This document shows, piece after piece, positions 1 to 6,825 of a DNA stretch of 50,562 nt. A model generated the notes under the pieces. That model searched no databases and was not told the DNA's origin. It was given only the letters and a program-made list of their open reading frames with translations. The position numbers were made by a program, and so were the translations under genes. The stretch is from a virus, in the IMG/VR virus record IMGVR_UViG_3300045915_000028; one strand, 5' to 3'. Position 1 is the first letter of the stretch, and each line of letters begins with the position of its first letter.

Positions 1-61
1 CCCTGGTCAGCGTCTTTGCCTCCGGAGCAGAAGGCCGCAGGTTCGAATCCTGCCGGGGGCA
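1..61 (+). tRNA. 3' two-thirds of tRNA-Arg (anticodon CCG); 5' acceptor/D-stem part is outside the window
   Basis: Anticodon stem TTTGC/GCAGA (15-19/27-31), loop CTCCGGA with CCG at 22-24, variable AGGCC, T-arm GCAGG-TTCGAAT-CCTGC (37-53), acceptor strand CGGGGGC plus discriminator A (54-61). Confidence 0.6.
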
Positions 62-123
62 CCCATCCCGGGTCGAGCATGGGGCCTCGGCCTGTCAGTA
101 ACCAGTCACGGTCCAGGCCACAA
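1..123. repeat. Left copy of exact 123-bp terminal direct repeat (att core/attL, or overlap of a circular assembly)
   Basis: Bases 1-123 match 50440-50562 base for base; the repeat is bounded by both window edges. Confidence 0.95.
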
Positions 124-326
124 ATCGCAGCGATCCGGTCGATCTCGTTGAGATCAATGACAAGGTGTCCGCGGAGCCTCTTCGAGAACGAGCTCGGTGT
201 GATCCCCATCGTCTTCGCGACGAGGTTGTTCTTGATTCCACGGGCGCTGAGGCCGATCCGCAGCCGGCCGGCAACCTCCATATGGAAGTCCGCACCATCA
301 GCGTTGAGGTCGATGACTGTGCTCAT
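1..326 (-). CDS. Immunity repressor, XRE/CI-type HTH; ORF has no stop before base 1 (reads through the att repeat, antisense to the tRNA fragment)
   Basis: ATG at 326-324; MSTVIDLNADGADFHMEVAGRLRIGLSARGIKNNLVAKTMGITPSSFSKRLRGHLVIDLNEIDRIAAICGLDRDWLLTGRG...; divergent from Cro-like gene; not in ORF track because it runs off the window. Confidence 0.8.
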   Translation of the reverse strand, partial: MSTVIDLNADGADFHMEVAGRLRIGLSARGIKNNLVAKTMGITPSSFSKRLRGHLVIDLNEIDRIAAICGLDRDWLLTGRGPMLDPGWVPPAGFEPAAFCSGGKDADQ

Positions 327-334
327 GAGCGAAA

Positions 335-362
335 ATCATACCCGCTGAGCGAATATCGGCAA
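335..362 (-). promoter_or_regulatory. Candidate repressor promoter (-35 TTGCCG, 16-nt spacer, -10 TATGAT; near-leaderless)
   Basis: Minus-strand hexamers at 362-357 and 340-335, about 8 nt upstream of ATG 326; consensus match only. Confidence 0.3.
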
Positions 363-373
363 ACAGTACGCCA

Positions 374-390
374 CACATTTCCCTGTGAGA
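374..390. promoter_or_regulatory. Operator-like site, copy 1 (CACATTTCCCTGTGAGA)
   Basis: Shares the 11-mer ATTTCCCTGTG (377-387) with the palindrome at 440-456. Confidence 0.4.
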
Positions 391-411
391 CACGCCGCAG
401 TCAGCCGGGGG

Positions 412-440
412 TTGACCAGAGGCAAGTAGTCGGCTACATA
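412..440 (+). promoter_or_regulatory. Candidate early rightward (cro) promoter (-35 TTGACC, 17-nt spacer, -10 TACATA)
   Basis: Hexamers at 412-417 and 435-440; GTG 448 lies 7 nt after the -10, consistent with a leaderless transcript. Confidence 0.35.
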
Positions 441-456
441 TTTCCCTGTGGGAAAT
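440..456. promoter_or_regulatory. Operator-like perfect palindrome ATTTCCC-TGT-GGGAAAT
   Basis: 17-bp perfect inverted repeat overlapping the candidate -10 and start codon of the Cro-like gene. Confidence 0.5.
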
Positions 457-675
457 TCATTGCCCGTGAGTGCCACGACGACGGCGATCCGTGTCGGGCT
501 CGCGCGTAAAAATAAGCCGCAGAGCGTTCTGGCGGATGTTCTTGATCTGTCGCAGCCTGCGATCCACCGCCGCATGTCCGGGCGGGTTTCCTGGCGCCTC
601 GACGAGCTGCAGGCCGTCGCCGACTACCTCGACGTGCCGTTGTCCGCGCTCATCGCGAGTGAGGACGTCGCGTGA
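448..675 (+). CDS. Cro-like HTH DNA-binding protein (start uncertain: GTG 448 or GTG 466)
   Basis: ...IRVGLARKNKPQSVLADVLDLSQPAIHRRMSGRVSWRLDELQAVADYLDVPLSALI; divergent from the repressor. Confidence 0.7.
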   Translation: MGNSLPVSATTTAIRVGLARKNKPQSVLADVLDLSQPAIHRRMSGRVSWRLDELQAVADYLDVPLSALIASEDVA

Positions 676-897
676 ATGCCGTGGGAACCCGAGACATTCA
701 CCCCCGAGCAGCGTTACGCCGCAGCGAAAGCCATCGTGCACGCACAGATACTCGTCTATCGGATGCGACTCCAACCGGCACAGTTCGGCCCGGAGCACGC
801 CGCCGCCGTCGAGAGTGCCTACCTACAGGTCGAAGACTTCCTGTCCATGATCCACGAGGATCTGTACGGACTCGACGGCGTGGAACCGCAGGTCTAG
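676..897 (+). CDS. Hypothetical protein (73 aa)
   Basis: ATG directly follows the TGA of the upstream gene; coding-like composition. Confidence 0.6.
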   Translation: MPWEPETFTPEQRYAAAKAIVHAQILVYRMRLQPAQFGPEHAAAVESAYLQVEDFLSMIHEDLYGLDGVEPQV

Positions 898-1553
898 CCG
901 CCGAGCATGGCCTGAATAGCCAGCTGGGTCGGAACCGCAGCGGCGATCTGGGCTGCAACGTTGCCGACGAACGGCCACGCCACAGTGTTCAACTTGTCCC
1001 GCCAGCGGTCCTTCCTCTTGCTGGCTGCGGTGGCACGAATCATCGCCGCTATCAGCCGTTCGACCGCATCCTGAAGGTGGAACTCGCCGACTGCGGCGTA
1101 ATTGTCAATGCACCAGTCGAGGTGGGCAATCACCTGCTTGACATGCTGCCGGAGCAGCGGGGGGATCGATTCGTCCTCATCGAGAAGTGCACGCACGTCG
1201 GAGCTGTAGGCCCGCAGTGCATCGAGTCCACCATCCTGCAGTTTCAGTACGAGTCCGTTGTCGAGACGGTCGGCCAAGTGCTCGAGGTTCTCCAGCGCGC
1301 TGTCATCGATGTGTTTCAGGTTCTTCTGGTTTTGCCACCCCTGGGGGTTGTGCAGGGTCAGTGCCACCCACTTATCGAAGTACTGCCGATACAGCGTGGT
1401 TTTGATTTTCGCGTCGTCCATCTGATCGAGCAATTCCTCGATGGCGTCGAGGTGTCGGACCGCGATCCGCTGCTCAGCCGGATCCGCGTGGTGCGAAGCG
1501 TTGGCGCGCCAGCGGGTCAGTTTCTCGTGCAGCAACTCGGCGGGGTTAGCCAT
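894..1553 (-). CDS. Hypothetical helical protein with C-terminal hydrophobic anchor (219 aa); candidate prophage-expressed accessory/defence gene
   Basis: Long clean ORF on the opposite strand to all neighbouring early genes; C-terminal WPFVGNVAAQIAAAVPTQLAIQAML; stop shares CTAG (894-897) with the convergent gene. Confidence 0.7.
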   Translation of the reverse strand: MANPAELLHEKLTRWRANASHHADPAEQRIAVRHLDAIEELLDQMDDAKIKTTLYRQYFDKWVALTLHNPQGWQNQKNLKHIDDSALENLEHLADRLDNGLVLKLQDGGLDALRAYSSDVRALLDEDESIPPLLRQHVKQVIAHLDWCIDNYAAVGEFHLQDAVERLIAAMIRATAASKRKDRWRDKLNTVAWPFVGNVAAQIAAAVPTQLAIQAMLGG

Positions 1554-1597
1554 GAAGGAATCGTAGGGGAAGCTCTCCTGACCACGGAGGCCAGCGC

Positions 1598-2209
1598 ATG
1601 AGCGGGCGCGAACGCAACGCGTTCAACGTGCCGACGGGCTTCTCCAGTTTCGCCGATTCTTCGCCGGTCTGCCCCGATTGCGGCCAGCGTCACCCCGGCG
1701 ACCGGACATGCACCGAGCACCGCGGATACCAGGCGCTGAATTCAGCCCGTGAGCACAGGATCCGGCGACGCGCCGAACTCGCCGGACGGCTATCCGCCCA
1801 GGTTAGCGACGCGGAACTCTATCCGTTGCTGCCGCTCTACGAGTTCGCCGATGGCGCTCGCGAGCTGGCCAAGACCGTTCGCGATCAACTTCTGATACTC
1901 GGTCGCGCCGGGCGAGTGAAAAGCCGCCCCGAAGTCGATCCGCGCGGCATTGATGTGATCCATCACAGACTCCTATCTCTGCACGGGCTCCTGACCCGTC
2001 ATGTGACCGGCGTGGACTCCCGCCGGTGGTTGCAGAGTAGGCAGTGGGTCCGGCGCGCCGCGCACCTGCTGGCGCGGCCGTCGGACACCACACACACAGC
2101 TTCCCCTCCGGCTGGAATGGTGACACCGGCCGTTGCAGGAGAGGGTGCCCCCGGGCCGGTATCCCCGATCCGCCGGCCCGGGGCGAGCACCCACGGAGGT
2201 GCCGCATGA
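1598..2209 (+). CDS. Hypothetical protein with CPDC...C..H zinc-like motif (203 aa as ORF; 3' third doubtful)
   Basis: GGAGG at 1584-1588 before ATG 1598; good codon bias to about 1790; ATGA overlap with next gene; rare codons and a strong hairpin after 1964. Confidence 0.45.
   Translation: MSGRERNAFNVPTGFSSFADSSPVCPDCGQRHPGDRTCTEHRGYQALNSAREHRIRRRAELAGRLSAQVSDAELYPLLPLYEFADGARELAKTVRDQLLILGRAGRVKSRPEVDPRGIDVIHHRLLSLHGLLTRHVTGVDSRRWLQSRQWVRRAAHLLARPSDTTHTASPPAGMVTPAVAGEGAPGPVSPIRRPGASTHGGAA
1790..1963 (-). CDS. Possible antisense small ORF (57 aa) nested in 1598..2209
   Basis: ATG 1963 preceded by AGGAG (1974-1970) at 6-nt spacing; by hand count its third-position GC exceeds that of the plus-strand frame over the same stretch; below the 60-aa ORF-track cutoff. 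Confidence 0.25.
   Translation of the reverse strand: MDHINAARIDFGAAFHSPGATEYQKLIANGLGQLASAIGELVERQQRIEFRVANLGG
2147..2184 (+). promoter_or_regulatory. GC-rich stem-loop (12 bp, one bulge) just upstream of the RBS of gene 2206
   Basis: GCCCCCGGGCCGG (2147-2159) pairs with CCGGCCCGGGGC (2173-2184); no T tract. Confidence 0.3.
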
Positions 2210-2544
2210 GCGCCGCCGAGAACGACCGCATCCGAACCGAATTCGCCGCCGCGCTCGACGCCGGCCACGGCACCATCGAAGTGGGCCGCACCGTCATCTG
2301 CGACCGCTGCGACACCGACCTCACCGGCGACCCACGATCCGGCGGGTTCCTGTTCGCCGGCTACGCCTACGGGCCGTGCTGCGCCGTGGACGGGCTCGCG
2401 TCTATCCGCCGGTACAACGAGGAGAACCACATCACGGCGTGGTGCCCGGCGGGGCTGTCGTTCGCTGATTGGGTGCGCGGGCTGCGCGGCTCGAACAACC
2501 GCATCACCGTGCACCCGGGCCACCCCGGCGGCGGCGCCCGATGA
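2206..2544 (+). CDS. Hypothetical Cys-rich protein (112 aa)
   Basis: GGAGG 2195-2199 then ATG 2206; MSAAENDRIRTEF... Confidence 0.7.
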   Translation: MSAAENDRIRTEFAAALDAGHGTIEVGRTVICDRCDTDLTGDPRSGGFLFAGYAYGPCCAVDGLASIRRYNEENHITAWCPAGLSFADWVRGLRGSNNRITVHPGHPGGGAR

Positions 2545-2738
2545 CCGTCTATCTCAGCACTCCCACGCAGGCCGCGAAGTTCGGCATGTTCCGAACGTGC
2601 GACCGGATCGACGACGCCCGCGGCAACCCGATCCTGATCGCCGACGCCCGCACATCAATGTGTGACTACCGGGTCGCGCTCGCCCAAGCCCTCGGAAAAC
2701 CGTGCGACAGAAACGGATACACCCCATGCCCATCCTGA
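2541..2738 (+). CDS. Hypothetical protein (65 aa)
   Basis: ATGA overlap with upstream stop. Confidence 0.55.
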   Translation: MTVYLSTPTQAAKFGMFRTCDRIDDARGNPILIADARTSMCDYRVALAQALGKPCDRNGYTPCPS

Positions 2739-3295
2739 ACCTGATGTGCGACGCCACCGTCACCAGCCCCACCAGCGGGCACACCTGCCACTGCGGACGC
2801 CTCCCGCACACCGGTAAACATTCCTGCCCCGCCTGCGGGGTGGTATGGGCCGACGACGAGTATCCGATCATCGGTGAGCAACCCGCCTGCGGCAGTGAGT
2901 TTTTCCGCTCGTTGAGCATCGCCGATGATCGGATCACCGAACTGGAATCGTTGCGTACCAAGGTTGCCGACCTGACCGCCCTCAACGACGAGCTGCAGAA
3001 CACGCAAGCCGAAATGCTCGCCCAGACCGACCGTGACGTCGTGTCCGCCGGCATATGCCCGTGCGGGTCGGTGATCGAGATCCGTGACAGCTCTATCAGT
3101 GTCACGGCCGAGGAAAACGCTGCTGCCGCGGCCGCTGTGGCCGAGCTGCGCCGCCGCGGACCACTCGGCGATGACCTGGACGCCAGGATCGTCGGCCGCG
3201 TGATCGACGCGATCAACCACACGCGTGCCAGCCAGGACGATGCTGCGATGCGCGACTGGCAGGATGCGCACGCTGATTGTGGGGACCGCTCATGA
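2726..3295 (+). CDS. Hypothetical protein with zinc-ribbon-like N-terminus and coiled-coil (189 aa)
   Basis: CHCG...CPAC motif; ELESLRTKVADLTALNDELQNTQAEML; start ATG 2726 overlaps upstream gene end. Confidence 0.65.
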   Translation: MPILNLMCDATVTSPTSGHTCHCGRLPHTGKHSCPACGVVWADDEYPIIGEQPACGSEFFRSLSIADDRITELESLRTKVADLTALNDELQNTQAEMLAQTDRDVVSAGICPCGSVIEIRDSSISVTAEENAAAAAAVAELRRRGPLGDDLDARIVGRVIDAINHTRASQDDAAMRDWQDAHADCGDRS

Positions 3296-3450
3296 CGCTT
3301 ATGACGATGCTCACGCTGATCGTGGGCCTGATCGCCGTGACGCGGTTCGTGGCGTCACTCAATGAGGCCCGTACCCGGTTGTCGGTCCTCGATGTGCTGG
3401 CGCAAAGCCCGGTCGCTGAGGCTGAGGCGATCCTGCGGGGTGCCCGGTGA
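3292..3450 (+). CDS. Small membrane protein (52 aa)
   Basis: ATGA overlap; MTLMTMLTLIVGLIAVTRFVASL... TM segment; below ORF-track cutoff. Confidence 0.5.
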   Translation: MTLMTMLTLIVGLIAVTRFVASLNEARTRLSVLDVLAQSPVAEAEAILRGAR

Positions 3451-3620
3451 GCCTCCCGGCGGCGGAGCGGGACTGCGCCGAATTGTTCCGCCGGCTCGCC
3501 GCGCTGACCGCCCGTGTCGAACGCCTCGAGGCGCACCGGCACGACTACACCGGCCGGAACGTGCTCGGCGTGCTCACCGAATACGAGACGTCATTGCCGC
3601 GCGGGATTGAGGACTTGTGA
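3447..3620 (+). CDS. Hypothetical protein (57 aa)
   Basis: GTGA overlap at both ends; translated by hand with no internal stop. Confidence 0.45.
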   Translation: MSLPAAERDCAELFRRLAALTARVERLEAHRHDYTGRNVLGVLTEYETSLPRGIEDL

Positions 3621-3778
3621 CCACCCCACTGCCGCCCAACCCGCTGCCGCTCACGCGTGAACAACGCATCGTGATGCACTACCACGTGCTCGCCGGACCG
3701 TTTCCCGGCCCGAACCGCGCGGCCATCGCCGCGATCCTCGCGCACCGGATCGTCGACCTCGAGGACGGCGCCGCATGA
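3617..3778 (+). CDS. Hypothetical protein (53 aa)
   Basis: GTGA overlap upstream, ATGA overlap downstream. Confidence 0.45.
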   Translation: MTTPLPPNPLPLTREQRIVMHYHVLAGPFPGPNRAAIAAILAHRIVDLEDGAA

Positions 3779-4014
3779 CGGTGACCACCACAACCAGGAT
3801 GACCGCGGCGTGCGCCACCTGCGGTGGCCGCATCGTCTACCACCCCCGCCACCCCGACGACCCGCCACCACGCACCGCAGCTATCAACGATGAAAACCGT
3901 TGGGCGCACACCGATCCCACTGACTGGATGAGCCACCCGCACCGCGCCCACCCGAAGACCGGTCCGTCCCGTGAATCCACATACCTCGGGCACGGGACGG
4001 ACCACCCAAAGTAG
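3775..4014 (+). CDS. Hypothetical protein (79 aa)
   Basis: ATGA overlap; ORF track. Confidence 0.55.
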   Translation: MTVTTTTRMTAACATCGGRIVYHPRHPDDPPPRTAAINDENRWAHTDPTDWMSHPHRAHPKTGPSRESTYLGHGTDHPK

Positions 4015-4073
4015 ACGGCCGCCGCCCCTCACCCGGGGCGACGGCCACAACCCACAGAAGAAAGGCCCTTTCC

Positions 4074-4379
4074 GTGAGCACCACCGATCCTACCCAGTGG
4101 CCCGATCTGCCGCTGTTCCACGCAGACCGGTGGGTCGTCACCGATGACGACATCGCCGTGTGGTCCGACATCACCTACATGCGGACCCTCGTCGACGAGC
4201 TCGGCATACTGTGCGCCCGCACAGGTGAGGCGATCACCGACGCGGGTGTGATCGAGCACCAGGTCGACGCGGTGCTCGCGCCGTGGCCGGGTGACCTGGT
4301 GGCCGACATGCTGGCCGCGTGGCGGGCATCCACCGGCCCCGGGCCCGCCCGCCTACCAGTGGAGCGGGTGCCCGCATGA
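4074..4379 (+). CDS. Hypothetical protein (101 aa)
   Basis: GTG start after GAAAGG; coding-like sequence. Confidence 0.6.
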   Translation: MSTTDPTQWPDLPLFHADRWVVTDDDIAVWSDITYMRTLVDELGILCARTGEAITDAGVIEHQVDAVLAPWPGDLVADMLAAWRASTGPGPARLPVERVPA

Positions 4380-4714
4380 TCCGCCGCGCCATCGCCGAAG
4401 GACTGCACTGGATGATCGTGTTCGGGGTGATCCTCGGGGCGGCGCTATACCTGTCGGTGCCCGCCGACGCCGATGGCCTCATCACCTACCGGGAGCATAT
4501 GTACGCCGACGCGCTCGGCACCACGATCTGCGGCGCGCTCGCAGCCGACCCGAGCCCCGAAATGGTGTACGCGCTGTGGGAAGCGATCGCCTCCGAGGGG
4601 TTCACGGTCGACAACGCCGGCGATGTCATCGACCAGGCGGTGTTGTCGTGGTGCCCACGGTTCGCGCCGCTGCTGGAGTGGGTCGCCAACCAGTCGAGAG
4701 GGTCGCTGGTATGA
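4376..4714 (+). CDS. Membrane/secreted protein, DUF732-like (112 aa)
   Basis: ATGA overlap; N-terminal TM MIVFGVILGAALYLSV, then a Cys-pair domain. Confidence 0.55.
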   Translation: MIRRAIAEGLHWMIVFGVILGAALYLSVPADADGLITYREHMYADALGTTICGALAADPSPEMVYALWEAIASEGFTVDNAGDVIDQAVLSWCPRFAPLLEWVANQSRGSLV

Positions 4715-4857
4715 CGCACCGCGACGAGGTCATCGCCCCCACCGCCACACTTGTCATCGAACGGCTCGACGCCGCCCAGCAGTTGATCGAAATCGGCTGG
4801 TGCCAAACAGCATCCAGCATCATCAACGAACGCGGCCCCCGGTATTACTGCGCGTGA
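4711..4857 (+). CDS. Hypothetical protein (48 aa)
   Basis: ATGA overlap with upstream stop. Confidence 0.4.
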   Translation: MTHRDEVIAPTATLVIERLDAAQQLIEIGWCQTASSIINERGPRYYCA

Positions 4858-4929
4858 TCACATTGTTTCTGCGCGCCAAGAACACCGTCGCGATCGCAGC
4901 AGCCAACCCACAGTCGGCGGGGGCCTGAA

Positions 4930-5226
4930 TTGGACACACAGCAGGGGTTCACGACGCAGTACGCGATCCGGCTGCCCGACGGCACCCTGTTCACCACCCA
5001 ACATGGTTACGGGGACTGCCCGGCGTTGCCAGTGGTGTTCGACACGCTGACCGACGCCCAGCACGCCCTGTGCCATCTGCGCCGCCAAGCCTCGATGTTC
5101 GGCATCACAGACCTAGCGGCATGCATCGAACAAAGGATCTGCTCACCGTTCTCCGTGACCGACCCCAGCGTCGACTTCGCCGAGCAGGTCATGAGATGGG
5201 TTGCGCGGCAAGGCGGCAAACCATGA
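4930..5226 (+). CDS. Hypothetical protein (98 aa, TTG start)
   Basis: ORF track; ATGA overlap with downstream gene. Confidence 0.55.
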   Translation: MDTQQGFTTQYAIRLPDGTLFTTQHGYGDCPALPVVFDTLTDAQHALCHLRRQASMFGITDLAACIEQRICSPFSVTDPSVDFAEQVMRWVARQGGKP

Positions 5227-5513
5227 CCCACGCTATCGACATGTCACCGGATGCGAATCTTGACCGGGTCGGGCGTCTGGCATCGGACCTCGGCTATCGC
5301 ATCCGCGACGAAGAACCGCGCCGCTTGTTCGACGAACTGGTGTTGCTGTGCCGATACCATCCGGCGAAAGCAGCCCAACTGCTGATGTGTTTGGCGGCAT
5401 GGTTCGACGTCGACGAGGACACATCGGTTCTGGTTGAGCGTGCGCGGGCAGTCACCGAATCACGTGTCACGGCCGTCCTGCAGAAGCCGTCATCCGGGGC
5501 GGTCGCGTCATGA
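5223..5513 (+). CDS. Hypothetical protein (96 aa)
   Basis: ATGA overlaps at both ends. Confidence 0.6.
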   Translation: MTHAIDMSPDANLDRVGRLASDLGYRIRDEEPRRLFDELVLLCRYHPAKAAQLLMCLAAWFDVDEDTSVLVERARAVTESRVTAVLQKPSSGAVAS

Positions 5514-5857
5514 CGATGACAGTCAAGCGTGGCCGCAAGCGCCGCGACTTCAGCGCCTGCGACATGGCGTTGGTGGACGAGATGGCCGTCGAATTGGCCT
5601 ACCGCGGAACCATGATGCGGCTCAACGCCCACGAACGGGTCGCTGCCGTAAGGATGATGCTGGGCCAGGTGCCCACCGGTGAGATCGCCCGCCGCTGCGC
5701 AACCCATCACAGGGAGATACACCGGATCGCGCGGGCCCTCGACACGATCCGCTGCCCGCGGTGCCGCCGGTACACATTCCACGATGCCGGTGTGTTGGGC
5801 CGCCATATCGACAAGCGGAGCGCCTTGTGCGTGATGTCGGGCCAGGTGATCACATGA
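5510..5857 (+). CDS. HTH DNA-binding protein with C-terminal zinc-ribbon-like CPRC (115 aa)
   Basis: RVAAVRMMLGQVPTGEIARRCATHHREIHRIARAL; ATGA overlap. Confidence 0.55.
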   Translation: MTMTVKRGRKRRDFSACDMALVDEMAVELAYRGTMMRLNAHERVAAVRMMLGQVPTGEIARRCATHHREIHRIARALDTIRCPRCRRYTFHDAGVLGRHIDKRSALCVMSGQVIT

Positions 5858-6825
5858 GCAATTCGCACATCGTGGCAGTGCACCGGCCGGGCGAACGCGG
5901 ATGGATCGCACCGGGATCCGAACAGCACCGAGCAATGATGAGCCCGTCGAAAGCCGCTGCGGTGCTGGGGTTCTCACGCTGGCAGTCCCCTTATGCCCTG
6001 TGGATGGAAATGTCGGGCCGCGTCGAACCGGATCCACCGAAAGACATCTTCGATGTCGGTCACGACGCCGAACCGTATATGGCGGCGCGGTGGCGGCGCC
6101 TTAACCCCGGGTGGCTGCTCTCACCGGATGAAGTCCAGTTCGTCATCGACCCTGAACATTTCGGGTTCCCCGCCGTGGTGACGTTGGATCGGCGTGCGGT
6201 GCGCGGCCGGGCACGCCGGGTTGTACAGTGCAAAATCGCGCGTGATCTCGACGACGCCCGCGTGTGGGGTGATGATCTCGCCGACAGTGATAGCGAAGCA
6301 CCCGCTGATTACGCCGCACAGGTTTTCACCGAAATGCTGTTCAGCGGGTACACCCGCCATGACGGGCATCTGATGGTCGCGGGCCCGTTCTGGGCGGAAA
6401 AGTGCTACCCGATCCGCTACGACGCGAACACCGCGGCCGGCCTGATCACCGAACTGCGCCGCTTCTGGGAATCACTGCGCCGTAACAAGCCTCCGCCGCT
6501 TGATGATTCGGTTGCCACCTACCAGACCGTACGCAAACAGCATCCCGACATCGACGCCGGCACCACGATCGAACTGGACGCCGGACTGGCAGCGTCCTAC
6601 CTCGAGGCGCTGGCCGAACAGAAGGACACCGAACGCCTGGTCCGCGGCCTGAAAACCGAAGTCCTCGACGCGATGGGCGACACCGAAACCGCGGTCTGCG
6701 GCCCCATCCGGGTCGCCAAACGCACCCCACACGCATCCGGCACGGTCGCGCTCACCGCGGCTCGCAAAACCACCGGAGCCGACATCCGAAACCTCTCCGC
6801 CCAACCCGAAGGAATGCCCGCATGA
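5854..6825 (+). CDS. RecE-like / YqaJ-family exonuclease (323 aa)
   Basis: SPSKAAAVLGFSRWQSPYALWMEM and D...QCK PD-(D/E)XK-like motifs; directly upstream of RecT. Confidence 0.7.
   Translation: MSNSHIVAVHRPGERGWIAPGSEQHRAMMSPSKAAAVLGFSRWQSPYALWMEMSGRVEPDPPKDIFDVGHDAEPYMAARWRRLNPGWLLSPDEVQFVIDPEHFGFPAVVTLDRRAVRGRARRVVQCKIARDLDDARVWGDDLADSDSEAPADYAAQVFTEMLFSGYTRHDGHLMVAGPFWAEKCYPIRYDANTAAGLITELRRFWESLRRNKPPPLDDSVATYQTVRKQHPDIDAGTTIELDAGLAASYLEALAEQKDTERLVRGLKTEVLDAMGDTETAVCGPIRVAKRTPHASGTVALTAARKTTGADIRNLSAQPEGMPA

Noticed and set aside
16-348. 110-aa plus-strand ORF at the window start
   Set aside because: It translates across the tRNA fragment and is antisense to the HTH repressor ORF. Its composition is Arg/Ser/Pro-rich.
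2044-2205. Upstream extension of gene 2206 to GTG 2044 (166-aa ORF)
   Set aside because: The extension is Arg/Pro/Gly-rich. The ATG at 2206 has a well-spaced GGAGG and an ATGA overlap, so the shorter gene is preferred.
4024-4042. Hairpin CGCCCC-TCACCC-GGGGCG in the 4015-4073 gap, as a terminator
   Set aside because: The stem is short at 6 bp, there is no T tract, and it lies within a co-directional gene array. The evidence is insufficient.
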